Below, one piece after another: positions 30,441-40,759 of a stretch of DNA of 64,000 nt. The translations under genes and the position numbers were made by a program. The stretch lies in contig JAJTYH010000002.1 in NCBI GenBank assembly GCA_021463465.1, forward strand, positions 1,347 through 65,346, written 5' to 3'. The notes under the pieces are model-generated. The model worked only from the letters and a program-made list of their open reading frames with translations, had not been told where the DNA came from and made no database searches. How positions within the stretch are numbered: the first letter of the stretch is position 1; each line of letters begins with the position of its first letter. The DNA comes from a bacterium. GTDB taxonomy: Bacteria > Patescibacteriota > Dojkabacteria > SC72.

Positions 30441-31223
30441 TTGTATTCGTATTCGGTAGTCATTCCAACCTTAAATGAAGAAGACAAAATAGCAAAGCTA
30501 ATTGAAACTTTAAAGTCTCAAACATATCAGCCTAAAGAGATAATTTTGGCTGACATTTCTACCGATAAAACCCCGGAAATAGCTAAAAGAATGGGAGCCT
30601 TGGTTACGGAAGGAGCTGGGGATTTCTTTGTAGGAAGAGCACGTAATAACGGAGCCAAACTAGCGACTGGCGATGTGATTTTTTTCTTTGATGCCGACAA
30701 TCTACTTAATGACACCAAATATATTGAAACCTTTCTAAATGAGTTCGAAGAATTGAAATTAGATGCAGGTCATTCGATACTTGTTTCTCCTGTCAAGTCA
30801 TTTTTAACTGCTCTTTTATTTTCCTTTTATAACCTAGTACGTATGGTCGGTCCTACGTTACGAACTATATTTTCAGATGTCGGGTCGGGAATAGCTGTTA
30901 AACGGTCGGTATTTGAAGCTATTGGAGGCTTCCGAAATGACATTCGTAATTCAGAAGACATTATTTTCTTGGGCTCACTTATTAAGTCTGGATATAAATA
31001 CCGAATTCTTAGAACTAAATTGGAAACTAGTGATCGTAGAATTAGAAACAAATCGCCATTTTTACTTTTGATTTTATTTTTTCTCCTTCCAATTGACACT
31101 TTCCTGAAGAAACGCGGATACAACAGTAGTAATAAGATAGTTCACATAATAGAAAAGCTCTATCAAATGAAGAAACTAAACCTCAGCGATTTGAAAAAAA
31201 AGTATTCCTATGAAAACAATTAA
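30441..31223 (+). CDS. Glycosyltransferase family 2
   Basis: VVIPTLNEE, ARNNGA, FFDAD, IGGF...SED. Confidence 0.9.
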   Translation: MYSYSVVIPTLNEEDKIAKLIETLKSQTYQPKEIILADISTDKTPEIAKRMGALVTEGAGDFFVGRARNNGAKLATGDVIFFFDADNLLNDTKYIETFLNEFEELKLDAGHSILVSPVKSFLTALLFSFYNLVRMVGPTLRTIFSDVGSGIAVKRSVFEAIGGFRNDIRNSEDIIFLGSLIKSGYKYRILRTKLETSDRRIRNKSPFLLLILFFLLPIDTFLKKRGYNSSNKIVHIIEKLYQMKKLNLSDLKKKYSYENN

Positions 31224-32108
31224 TTAAGGTTTACGCTTTACACCTTTTTTAAAGTTCAACCAAGCGAAAGTTACTATAGATGTAACTAGCCCTGCTACAG
31301 CTATCGCCCCTATAACTGGTTTTTTCACTTTTGACTTATAAAGCAACTTATACAAAGGTTCAATCCTATCCTCAACAATACTCTCCACTTGTAAATAGAA
31401 ACCTTTGATTTTGGAATACCTATACATTTGTAAAAACATTTTGTAGTAGGTCTTTAATGCCTCGGTTAAATGCTTTTTCTCAAACTGGGTAGTAATAAAA
31501 AGCTCTGGACAATATATAGTCCTAACCCTTAGCTCATTGCTCACATAATGCATATTCATGACTTGTTCTAAAAGATAACCTTCATTTTTTTCAAAAGGAA
31601 TTCTTTGAAACTCTTTCTTCCAAAATGCCCGTTCACCTCCATTAAAGCGCGAAGTCCATGATTGAGCCCATCCAATAGGAGAAGCCCTATCACCAGCACG
31701 GTCAAGTATTGTCATATCAAAGTCTTTGTTAAGTATGTAGTAGAGCATTTTATAAAGATACTCATACTTAAGTCCTACCAAGTCAGCATCAATCAAGCAG
31801 ATAATCTCACCTTTGCTAATTTGAATTCCAGAAATTACTGCGTTACTTTTACCTTTATTGTTTTTTATATCAACAACCTTTACCTTATTATTGCGCTGAG
31901 AATAGTAGTTCATCACAGACAATGTATTGTCTGATGAACCATCATTAATTAAAACAATTTCTGAAAAACTTGGGAAGCTAACAACCACATCAAGTACCTT
32001 ACTTATCCTTTTACCTTCATTAAAAGCTGGGATAACACATGAAATACCTACATGTTTACGGTTTAAAATCCTATTGACTTCAAAAGAATAATCTATCGAT
32101 TTGGACAT
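31224..32108 (-). CDS. Glycosyltransferase family 2 with C-terminal TM
   Basis: IPAFNEG, NDGSSD, DADL. Confidence 0.9.
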   Translation of the reverse strand: MSKSIDYSFEVNRILNRKHVGISCVIPAFNEGKRISKVLDVVVSFPSFSEIVLINDGSSDNTLSVMNYYSQRNNKVKVVDIKNNKGKSNAVISGIQISKGEIICLIDADLVGLKYEYLYKMLYYILNKDFDMTILDRAGDRASPIGWAQSWTSRFNGGERAFWKKEFQRIPFEKNEGYLLEQVMNMHYVSNELRVRTIYCPELFITTQFEKKHLTEALKTYYKMFLQMYRYSKIKGFYLQVESIVEDRIEPLYKLLYKSKVKKPVIGAIAVAGLVTSIVTFAWLNFKKGVKRKP

Positions 32109-32112
32109 GTTT

Positions 32113-32994
32113 TTAATTGTCTTTACTAAACTTCTTTCGCCTGAGATTTAACCATAAAAAAGTGCCGATGGAAACCACTAACCCCGTAGCTACAATTGCT
32201 CCAACAACAGGTTTCTTAACCTTACTATGCTTCAGAATCTTGTACAAAGGTTCGATTCGGTCTTCTACAATACTACCTACCTGGTAATAAAAATTTTGGG
32301 TGTGTGAATGTTTGTAGATTTCACGAGTAATCTTGGCATAGGATTCCAAGGCAGGTAACAAACCTTTCTTGTTCCACTGATATTCACCCTTTAAATCAGG
32401 GCAATAAATAGTACGGACACTTAAATCGTTCTCCATATAGTACAAATTAATTTCCTGTTCAATTGCATACCTTGATCCTTTCGCGAACTTAACTTTTTCA
32501 AAATCCTTTCGCCAAAAAGCCCGTTCACCACCAATAAATCGAACTACCCACGATGCAGCAATACCAAGCGGAGCCATCCTGTCCCCACCACGATCTAGGA
32601 TTGTCATATCAAATTCACCAGAAAGAACAAAATAAAGCATTTTGTAAAGGTAATCGTGGGATAACCCCTGAAGATCAGCATCCACAAGACTGATAAGTTC
32701 AGACTTTGATGACTCAATCCCTTTCTTTACAGCGTTAGTTTTACCTTGGTTAGGTTGGATATCAACAACCTTGATCTTGGAGTAAGTCCTTGCATAATAG
32801 TTCATAACATCCAAAGTATTGTCGGATGATCCATCATTAACAACTATAATCTCTGACAGAACAGGGAAGTTTACCAACACGTTTAATACTGTTGAAATTC
32901 TTTTACCTTCATTAAATGCAGGAATAATAAAAGCAATGCTTGTGCGTTTACGATTAAGTAACCGATGCACTTCAAACGAATAATCCAAATCCAA
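32113..32994 (-). CDS. Glycosyltransferase family 2, tandem paralog of 31224-32108
   Basis: Same motifs, colinear over full length. Confidence 0.9.
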   Translation of the reverse strand: MDLDYSFEVHRLLNRKRTSIAFIIPAFNEGKRISTVLNVLVNFPVLSEIIVVNDGSSDNTLDVMNYYARTYSKIKVVDIQPNQGKTNAVKKGIESSKSELISLVDADLQGLSHDYLYKMLYFVLSGEFDMTILDRGGDRMAPLGIAASWVVRFIGGERAFWRKDFEKVKFAKGSRYAIEQEINLYYMENDLSVRTIYCPDLKGEYQWNKKGLLPALESYAKITREIYKHSHTQNFYYQVGSIVEDRIEPLYKILKHSKVKKPVVGAIVATGLVVSIGTFLWLNLRRKKFSKDN

Positions 32995-33070
32995 GGTTAA
33001 TAAATTTAGATCGTCTGTTGGATAAGATACTATGGATTTTAAATCAAATCCAGTTAGTGCTCAAACATAA

Positions 33071-33508
33071 ATGAAAAGAAGTAATGGATTTGCAATACTG
33101 GGATATTTCATTAAAATGGAACAAAGAGCTAAACTCAGATTTAAACAAATGGAATTCTTTTTTAGAAAATTTTCACAGAGGATCGCAGGTTTTGTAGGTA
33201 ATCCAATAGCCTTTTTTATGGCAGTTGTAGTTATTGTTGCTTGGGCTATAACTGGACCTATGTTTGGGTTTTCGGATACATGGCAGTTAGTCATTAATAC
33301 TGGTACAACAATCATAACCTTTTTGATGGTTTTCTTGATTCAAAACACTCAGAATCGTGATAGTAAAGCGATTAACCTTAAGCTTGATGAGCTTATTGTT
33401 GCAGTAAAATCAGCTCACAACAACCTTGTTGAAGTAAATGAATTATCAGACATCCAGCTCGAGAAACTTGAGGAAAAATTTAAAAAAATGGCTCACAAAC
33501 GGAGCTAA
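33071..33508 (+). CDS. Low-affinity iron permease family protein; true start probably downstream
   Basis: FSDTWQLVINTGTTIITFLMVFLIQNTQNRD...KLDELI. Confidence 0.9.
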   Translation: MKRSNGFAILGYFIKMEQRAKLRFKQMEFFFRKFSQRIAGFVGNPIAFFMAVVVIVAWAITGPMFGFSDTWQLVINTGTTIITFLMVFLIQNTQNRDSKAINLKLDELIVAVKSAHNNLVEVNELSDIQLEKLEEKFKKMAHKRS

Positions 33509-33510
33509 GG

Positions 33511-34374
33511 TTACCAGCTTCTTGAGCTACCACCGCCGCCACTTGAACCACCACCAAAGCTAAATCCTCCACCACTACGACCAGAACCAGACCCTGGATG
33601 AAAGATTCCTCGTGAAGAGTACAAAGCTTTACCTATAGCAGTACGAGAAAGAATATAGTCAATTAGAAGGCCCAATAGTCCAGCTAGAATCGGCAAATAG
33701 AATAAGTTGTGTGCGTAACCGTAAACGCCCCCTAGAACAGCCCCTACAACCCCACCAAGCCACCAACTACGTGTTCCAGCTAGTACGTATCCAAAGAATA
33801 TCAAGGCGAAAATCAAAATTTCAAATAAATCATCATCAACTCCCTTCTTCGCATTAACCTGTGATACTACTGTAGGATCTTCTTTAATTAAACCTATTAA
33901 TGCGTTAATTCCATCCTGCATACCTTTATCATAATTACCTTCAATGAAACGTGGCACCATAAATTCGTCTTGTACTCTTCCAGTAAGTGCGTCAGGCAAG
34001 ACACCTTCCAATCCATACCCAACTTCAATCTTAGACTGTCGTTGTGCTGCTGAAACCGAAATCAAAAGTCCATTGTCGACATCTTCCTTTCCAATTTTCC
34101 ACTGCTCAAAAAGCTTTACTGCATAATCTTCTATGGTAGTACCCTGAAAATCGGCAACAGTTACAATCGCAATCTCAACCGTGCTTTCCTTTTCAAACTC
34201 TCCAAGTTGCTGCTCGAGCGTTTGATCATCACTTAAAATATTCTCAAAGTCACTGACAAATCCTTGATAATCAGGAAAAGCTAATGTGGGTTGAGCAAAA
34301 ACCGGCTGATTGTAAAAATACAGACCAAAAAGACTGCATAAAAACAGGCACAGAAGTAAAACTTTTTGCAACAT
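33511..34374 (-). CDS. TPM-domain membrane protein
   Basis: EDYAVKLFEQWKIG, DNGLLI, IEVGYGLEG, Gly-rich tail GGGGSSRSW. Confidence 0.93.
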   Translation of the reverse strand: MLQKVLLLCLFLCSLFGLYFYNQPVFAQPTLAFPDYQGFVSDFENILSDDQTLEQQLGEFEKESTVEIAIVTVADFQGTTIEDYAVKLFEQWKIGKEDVDNGLLISVSAAQRQSKIEVGYGLEGVLPDALTGRVQDEFMVPRFIEGNYDKGMQDGINALIGLIKEDPTVVSQVNAKKGVDDDLFEILIFALIFFGYVLAGTRSWWLGGVVGAVLGGVYGYAHNLFYLPILAGLLGLLIDYILSRTAIGKALYSSRGIFHPGSGSGRSGGGFSFGGGSSGGGGSSRSW

Positions 34375-34977
34375 TTAGTTTTCTAAATCAACCACAGGAG
34401 CACTATCAGCACCTTGAGTAGCCTCAAATAATGGCTTAGCTTCAAAACCTAGCATTCCAGCTAAGATATTTGTAGGAAACAGCTTCACTCTCGTATTAAA
34501 GATTGTGACGCTGTCATTATATCTTTGTCTTTCAACAGCAATACGATTCTCTGATCCCGCAAGCTCTGTCATCAAATCCTTCACAGTTTGATCACTTTTC
34601 AGCTGAGGATAATTTTCTACAACAACTAAAAGTCTGCTCAAAGCAGATTCAAGCTCGTTAGCTGCATTGACCTTATCATTTGAACCAGCAGAAGCGTTTC
34701 CGTACTTAGTTCGTGCATTTGCAATGTCAGAGAACACTTTCTGTTCTTGTGCTAACACTCCTTTAGTTGAATTCACAAGGTTTGGGATTAAATCAAAACG
34801 TCTCTGAAGCACTACTTCGACTTGAGACTGCTTATTTGCAACATCCTGTTCAAGTGTGACCAAGCTGTTATACATCCCAACCAGATAAAGCACTGCAAGT
34901 ACGAGTACCCCACCTAAGATTAACAATATTTTGTTCATATTTGATTCACTTATATTATTTCGAATAGATTGTAGCAT
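34375..34977 (-). CDS. lemA: LemA family protein
   Basis: QRRFDLIPNLV, ENYPQLK, ENRIAVERQRYN, FPTNI. Confidence 0.95.
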   Translation of the reverse strand: MLQSIRNNISESNMNKILLILGGVLVLAVLYLVGMYNSLVTLEQDVANKQSQVEVVLQRRFDLIPNLVNSTKGVLAQEQKVFSDIANARTKYGNASAGSNDKVNAANELESALSRLLVVVENYPQLKSDQTVKDLMTELAGSENRIAVERQRYNDSVTIFNTRVKLFPTNILAGMLGFEAKPLFEATQGADSAPVVDLEN

Positions 34978-35434
34978 ATTTACTATTATGATTTATAATA
35001 TGCATGTGAATTGGGAGAAAACATATACAATCTTTACGCGACTTTCTTTTTTCATTATTTACTTTTGGTTTGGATTATTAAAGGTTATAGACAAAAGTAG
35101 CGCTACCCCATTGGTAGAGGATCTTTTTGTTAAACTTTTTTCAACTGAACCTTCGTCCCTTTTCTTTGTTCTATTTGGTACTTTTGAAATGTATATTGGG
35201 ATTCTTTTCCTTATACCTAAGCTGACCGTTACAGCATTAGTACTGGTCTCGTTACACTTGTTAGCAACCTTTCTACCATTGTTTCTGCTTCCAAATCATA
35301 CATGGACAGATTTTGGGGCATTAGGGGTAGAAGGGCAATATATTTTAAAGAATATGTTCATCATATCTTCAGTAATCGGGCTTTGGATATCTTATACTAA
35401 AAAAGTAGATTCCAACAAAGACAGTATAATGTAG
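34931..35434 (+). CDS. DoxX/DUF417-like membrane protein; start probably near 35000
   Basis: YFWFGLLK, GTFEMYIG, EGQYILKN. Confidence 0.75.
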   Translation: MFIFDSLILFRIDCSIFTIMIYNMHVNWEKTYTIFTRLSFFIIYFWFGLLKVIDKSSATPLVEDLFVKLFSTEPSSLFFVLFGTFEMYIGILFLIPKLTVTALVLVSLHLLATFLPLFLLPNHTWTDFGALGVEGQYILKNMFIISSVIGLWISYTKKVDSNKDSIM

Positions 35435-35645
35435 ATAAATGAATCAGAGCGAAGCTACATTCAAATATTTAAACAACCTACTTCAATATTACCGCTTCAA
35501 GTATAATCACTAAGGTTAAAGAGCTGAAAAGTATCTATTGCATTTGATTTTCTTGCCAACTTTACCAACAAAACAGACTATCAAATGTTGTTGGGATATG
35601 AAAAAGAGTACTTGGTAATCTCAAGCTGATTTACGCACAATAGCA

Positions 35646-36707
35646 TTACGGAGTTACACTCAGTTCGTTTAACCAGTTTTTCCATTTCTCACTTGCAGGC
35701 TTTTCGCTGCCATCATTGTATCTTATTCCTAAAGAATCAAACAAAGGCTGTTCTTTTGCACTTATTTGCTTATAATTCCTCAAGTCATTGAGATAAATAG
35801 TGTTAATAAACTCAATGTCTCTAAGCATTCCAGCTTTTTCTCTTAATAGTTCGTAATAACCAACCTGCTGAGATTCATTCCAGGCATACCCAGCATCGCT
35901 TAAGGCTTTGTTTTTTGCCGAGAACTTGGACTGTGTTGGCCATGCAGTTTCAGTTATAACGATGGGCTTGGAGATATATTTTGAAAGTTCAGTCAGATAC
36001 CCTTCAGGGATGTCATCAGGTGTTTTATATTCCATAAAAGGAAAGACAGTAAACCCAATTACATCTACATATGGTTCAATTTTATCAATAAGGTCCATCT
36101 GTGCCTTATTATCGCTTGCCTTACTCATTAAAAAGGCTTTACCCCTAAGTGAATCATAGTGAAATGTCACAAAAAACTTCACATCAGGATAAGTTTTTTT
36201 AATATACAAAGAGATATCCTTCAGCATAAAGATAAAGTACTGGAACTCATTTGGATACTTAGTTTTAAGTAGATTAATCTCATTCCCTATTGCTAAATAT
36301 TTAATATGCTTGTGCTTATTCAAAATTTGAGCAATGTTAACCTTTAATGCATCAATCTCACTGACCCATTCTTCAGGCCTTTGAAACCCTAGCACCAATT
36401 CCACCGGAAGTGAGGTCTGAGATGCAAGAGCGTCAATAGTGTCGATGCTTTTCCAGTCCACATGAATACCGTAGATTTGAGCGTATTCATCAAGCTCTTG
36501 CCAGTAATTAAAGGTTTCAGTAGGGGAGGGAGTCGGAAAGTGTGGCGGAACATATCCAGAAACTCCTAACAGATACGGCTGTATCACGTCGGTTGATTGG
36601 TTATTCAAAGTGGAATCTCTATTTTCAAGCTCCGACTTATTTTTAAACAAACCCACAACAACCAGGATAGTAAGTGCAATTAAGCTCCAAAAAATCAATC
36701 GCTTCAT
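35646..36707 (-). CDS. Membrane-anchored clan GH-A glycoside hydrolase-like protein
   Basis: IGNEIN acid/base, DVIGFTVFP, ITETAWP nucleophile. Confidence 0.75.
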   Translation of the reverse strand: MKRLIFWSLIALTILVVVGLFKNKSELENRDSTLNNQSTDVIQPYLLGVSGYVPPHFPTPSPTETFNYWQELDEYAQIYGIHVDWKSIDTIDALASQTSLPVELVLGFQRPEEWVSEIDALKVNIAQILNKHKHIKYLAIGNEINLLKTKYPNEFQYFIFMLKDISLYIKKTYPDVKFFVTFHYDSLRGKAFLMSKASDNKAQMDLIDKIEPYVDVIGFTVFPFMEYKTPDDIPEGYLTELSKYISKPIVITETAWPTQSKFSAKNKALSDAGYAWNESQQVGYYELLREKAGMLRDIEFINTIYLNDLRNYKQISAKEQPLFDSLGIRYNDGSEKPASEKWKNWLNELSVTP

Positions 36708-36716
36708 GATATACTT

Positions 36717-37475
36717 ATGACACTATTACCTTCACTTTACAACCACCTACAAGACTTGGAAGAACAAATAGGTTTTACAACTGGAGTCCTCTTCAAATTT
36801 CCCCAATTTACTTTGAAGGAAAAGGTAAATCTTTTCTATGAGTGTGGTAGTACAGCAATTGAGGTGATGTATCATAATACTGAAGTAGGGGATAGATCTT
36901 TTGAAAATGAAGTAAGGGAGTTGGATTTAAATAAATTTCAATATAGATCCCTTCATTTACCCAAATTCCCTTTTGATATTAACGAACGTACTCGAGAAGT
37001 AATTAGTAATATTAAGGAATTTGATAGACATAATAATTTCCACGCTTTCATTATTCACCCTGATGAAGTTAGAAACTGGGATTCACTATCAGATATAAAA
37101 GATAAGCTGTTAGTGGAAAACATGGATCGCCGGAAACTTGATGGTAGAAGTGTAGAAGAAGTCAAGAAATATCTTGAAATTGGAGACTTCAATATGGTTT
37201 TAGATATCAATCACACATATTCTCATGACCCAAGTATGAATCTATTTAAAAAGTTTATTGAAAACTTTAAACCCAAAATCAAACAACTTCATATTAGCGG
37301 GTTTGACTCATACTTTGACCATGAGCTAATGTATAAAGTAAAACAGGATGTTATGAATGAACCGTTGAAACAATTTAAAGGCATCCCAAAAATAATTGAG
37401 AGCGTTGTCTGGGATAATATCGACTCAAAAGTAGCTTTAAAAAAAGAGCTCGCTTACTTCAAAGCATTCCTTTAA
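36717..37475 (+). CDS. Xylose isomerase/AP endonuclease 2-like TIM barrel
   Basis: SLHLP, IIHPD, VENMD, LDINH, LHISG. Confidence 0.75.
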   Translation: MTLLPSLYNHLQDLEEQIGFTTGVLFKFPQFTLKEKVNLFYECGSTAIEVMYHNTEVGDRSFENEVRELDLNKFQYRSLHLPKFPFDINERTREVISNIKEFDRHNNFHAFIIHPDEVRNWDSLSDIKDKLLVENMDRRKLDGRSVEEVKKYLEIGDFNMVLDINHTYSHDPSMNLFKKFIENFKPKIKQLHISGFDSYFDHELMYKVKQDVMNEPLKQFKGIPKIIESVVWDNIDSKVALKKELAYFKAFL

Positions 37476-37540
37476 CTCACACATGCTGTGACTAAGCCAG
37501 CCATTGCAATGTCTAAAACCTAATCCATAATATCAATAAT

Positions 37541-37915
37541 TTAAAGTTCAGTTATTGGACTTGTCCCAGGATTCACCGTCAGATTAAGGCTTTTATAATA
37601 ATCTGCATAATCGGCATCTAACAGAATATCCCGATGGATATTATTACTCCCATTTACTGTGACTACATAGGTACAATCTCCATTATTAAATGAAATTGTT
37701 CCACTACCTGTGTAAGTAGTATTCTGAGCTATTTTCCGAAAAGCCTCTTCCTTACAAGAGTAGAGCTGCTGTTCTAAGAAAGTACTGGCAATAAAACCTA
37801 TTGTGGAAATCTTGTAATTAACGCTTAAAATCGAAAGTGCAATTCCTCCAGCCAATGAAATGGCCGTCATAGCAACTACTGTTATTAAGGCTATATTACC
37901 CTTATATTGTTTCAT
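37541..37915 (-). CDS. PilX/PilK-like minor pilin
   Basis: KG-NIALITV prepilin-like start lacking E5. Confidence 0.6.
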   Translation of the reverse strand: MKQYKGNIALITVVAMTAISLAGGIALSILSVNYKISTIGFIASTFLEQQLYSCKEEAFRKIAQNTTYTGSGTISFNNGDCTYVVTVNGSNNIHRDILLDADYADYYKSLNLTVNPGTSPITEL

Positions 37916-38397
37916 TTGTCTTGTACTAAGAATTCAAAGGACTCTGTATATCCAACAACATTGCTATGACCTAAGGTAATTGATATCGTAACACCCACGG
38001 TGTTACTGTCGGTGTCCACATGTTTGGTTGCCCTAAACTTCTGAACTACTACCCCATCAGGAGTAAGAGTTATATCAGTTCCACGATTATAAATAATATC
38101 GCCACCACTCCGAGTGTATGAAACATCTCCATTTGAAGTCGTGAATACTACTCTTCCCGAATCACTATCATAGACTGACGAGCCATCATTAAACCCAGTT
38201 ATACTTCGTTCAACCTGCGTAAAGTGTTCCCGTACAAATATTACATTGCGGCTCAACTCAATTCTATTTCGCGCATCCACATTCTTATTCGAAACAAAGA
38301 CAAAAAACTGTACCATTGAAAGAATAATAACTGAAAACAAAGCAAGATATAAAATCAGCTCAACCAAAGTCATTGCCTGATAACGATTATTTCCCAT
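37912..38397 (-). CDS. Minor pilin, PilW-like
   Basis: QA-MTLVELILYL. Confidence 0.8.
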   Translation of the reverse strand: MGNNRYQAMTLVELILYLALFSVIILSMVQFFVFVSNKNVDARNRIELSRNVIFVREHFTQVERSITGFNDGSSVYDSDSGRVVFTTSNGDVSYTRSGGDIIYNRGTDITLTPDGVVVQKFRATKHVDTDSNTVGVTISITLGHSNVVGYTESFEFLVQDK

Positions 38398-40330
38398 AAT
38401 TTAGCGTCACTGATTTTAGTGTAGGCGTACTTATGCTGTCAGAAGTATAAAAAGCGCGATACTGAAAATACCTATTGTTACTAATTACACTTGGTAAAGC
38501 GCTACCACCTCCACTGGTAAAATATGTTCCCGGAGTGCCATCACTACCTACAAAGGTTCCAGTAAGGTTTGAAGTAGCACCGCTTCTAACTTGAAATCTT
38601 AATGTAGTATTGGCCGGCACTGTACTATCCCAAGAAAGCATATAAAAGTCTGTTAGCGCCGAGTTCGAATCAAAAACAGAAGATGTATAGTTTCCAGATA
38701 CCAAATACCCATATCCTGTTTCTCCTCCTCCTTCACCTGGACCACCACGCAAAATCTGAAAATCGTTGGTATTGTCATTAGTAACAATATACGAAAAAGA
38801 GTTCATATCAACATCTGTCACAGCATCTATATCATTAATCCCTGCATTATATTGCATACCACCACAGCGAGTAGGAGAGGCTTCATTAGTAATATTAAGT
38901 ACTTGATACTCTTCTCCACCTGAACCTACTAAAATTGCTCGGTCATCTGCCTCAACAATTGCAATGCCTTTAATGCTCGTACCGTTTGCTTCGTAACTGC
39001 CAATAATCGGTCTGGCACCCGATTTGCTCGAAGTGTTTATAATGAAAAACTCCCGTTCACTTGAGGAGCTTTCAGTACCAAAGTAAACGCGATTAGTGTC
39101 ATCACTCACATAAAGGTCGTGTGTCTGCTGATTATTAACGGAGGTTTGGGAAGTTATAATCATATCAGCAGGATTGCCAATATTGGTAATTACAAGCTCA
39201 TACCAATCATCATCAAGCGACGCATACATATAGTCACCCTTTATAACGATTTGACTAACACTTGCTGTTTGAAATAGGTTTTGGTTCAAAGAAATCTGCT
39301 CAATCCCAAGTTGCGCCCTTGAACCTGTTTTGGTGGTTAAATTAAAAGTAAAAACATAACGTCCTGCTGCTACATAACCTATATCTCCAACTACATAAAC
39401 TGAATTAGCATCTTCAGTCCTTGAAGTGTTAAAATATCCAACCTCAGTATAAGGGGTACTCGAGATATCTAGTATCACAACCTCTTTATTGTTTTGTGTC
39501 GTTGCTAAATATGCATAGTTACCACTAACAAAGATATTATTAGTAAGGTAGCCGTTGAAGGTACCATCGACGTTAATTGTAGGAGTCTCAACCCCTGAAA
39601 TACTAAGTTTTGTAAAAGCTACACCAGAAGAGTTGCCGCCCGTCCCAAGATAGGTATTACCTGGGAAAGAAAAGAGCGTCTTAGCGGTTGCACTTCCTGG
39701 AATATTGTACTGATTGATTGCCAACTCAGGCTCACACCAGTCAGGATAAAAGACTTGTTTTAAAACCACTTCACCTCCTGCAGTGTTAGTAGCAATAGTT
39801 TGAGCATAAGTTCCGGTATCAAATTCTGCTTGGCTTGTTTGTACCCAGGTCTTGGTACTCCAGTCATTCAGGAAAAGACTTGAAGAGTAAGTTTTTTCAC
39901 GACCTAATTTGTCTTCCCAAACAAAAGAAATCACTACCTCTTTAGTGTGTGGATCAACTGTCCCTGTAGGTACAATGTTGCCACTCCCATCACGTTGAAC
40001 GTTTGAGATAGTAAAGGAGTATGAAATGTCGCCAAAAGAATAGGTGCCGTCTTCAATTGTCACTGTACTACCACTCTGCTCAATGTACATAGGAGTGTTG
40101 GAAGTATTCTGGTCAATCTCCCCCCATGATCTCTCCTTAATTAGCTGTATTTCTTTAAAAATCTTCTCGCGGTATATATCTGCACTTACACGTCTCTGAT
40201 AATCATAAGATGAACTGAACAAATCAATTGAGATTAAAACAATGGGGGAGGCAATAAGTCCAAAAATCCCAATAGCGATAAGCATCTCGACTAAACTGTA
40301 TGCTTTGTATTTGAGTTTAGCGTTGAACAA
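38387..40330 (-). CDS. Large 647-aa pilin with LVIVD-like repeats
   Basis: KA-YSLVEMLI; repeated VSGNYAYL/VVGDIGYV/IKGDYMYA...VVILDIS units. Confidence 0.75.
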   Translation of the reverse strand: MFNAKLKYKAYSLVEMLIAIGIFGLIASPIVLISIDLFSSSYDYQRRVSADIYREKIFKEIQLIKERSWGEIDQNTSNTPMYIEQSGSTVTIEDGTYSFGDISYSFTISNVQRDGSGNIVPTGTVDPHTKEVVISFVWEDKLGREKTYSSSLFLNDWSTKTWVQTSQAEFDTGTYAQTIATNTAGGEVVLKQVFYPDWCEPELAINQYNIPGSATAKTLFSFPGNTYLGTGGNSSGVAFTKLSISGVETPTINVDGTFNGYLTNNIFVSGNYAYLATTQNNKEVVILDISSTPYTEVGYFNTSRTEDANSVYVVGDIGYVAAGRYVFTFNLTTKTGSRAQLGIEQISLNQNLFQTASVSQIVIKGDYMYASLDDDWYELVITNIGNPADMIITSQTSVNNQQTHDLYVSDDTNRVYFGTESSSSEREFFIINTSSKSGARPIIGSYEANGTSIKGIAIVEADDRAILVGSGGEEYQVLNITNEASPTRCGGMQYNAGINDIDAVTDVDMNSFSYIVTNDNTNDFQILRGGPGEGGGETGYGYLVSGNYTSSVFDSNSALTDFYMLSWDSTVPANTTLRFQVRSGATSNLTGTFVGSDGTPGTYFTSGGGSALPSVISNNRYFQYRAFYTSDSISTPTLKSVTLNYGK

Positions 40331-40757
40331 AGACTAAGCCCTCTGAATTTAGTTGAACCACTGAAGTAGAACTTCCAAACACGGCTGTAACTGAACCGCT
40401 GACATTAGGCCTCAAATCATTTTTTTCAAAGTGAATCTCAATCCCACCTCCTAGTGATGCACCTAAAACTACACCTTCGGTCAAAATCTGTTTAGTGGAA
40501 ATGTTTTGTGCATAAGAGTTACCTGTATACATGATGACACGGTCAGATTGGATCAAAAGACCGTATTCTGCATTTTCGTAGCCGTTAAAGGCATTCTGCT
40601 GCTGATTATAGATTGAGGACGCGACTATACTTGCCATTGCCTCTGCTTTTGAAGAGTAGATTTGCGAAATAGTAATCGGAATCAAAAAAGAACCCAACAA
40701 AGTGATAATTGCCACTACGACTATAATTTCAAGCAAAGTAAAGGCACTGTAGCGCAT
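40317..40757 (-). CDS. Minor pilin, FimT/GspH-like
   Basis: SA-FTLLEIIVVV. Confidence 0.8.
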   Translation of the reverse strand: MRYSAFTLLEIIVVVAIITLLGSFLIPITISQIYSSKAEAMASIVASSIYNQQQNAFNGYENAEYGLLIQSDRVIMYTGNSYAQNISTKQILTEGVVLGASLGGGIEIHFEKNDLRPNVSGSVTAVFGSSTSVVQLNSEGLVFVQR

Positions 40758-40759
40758 GG

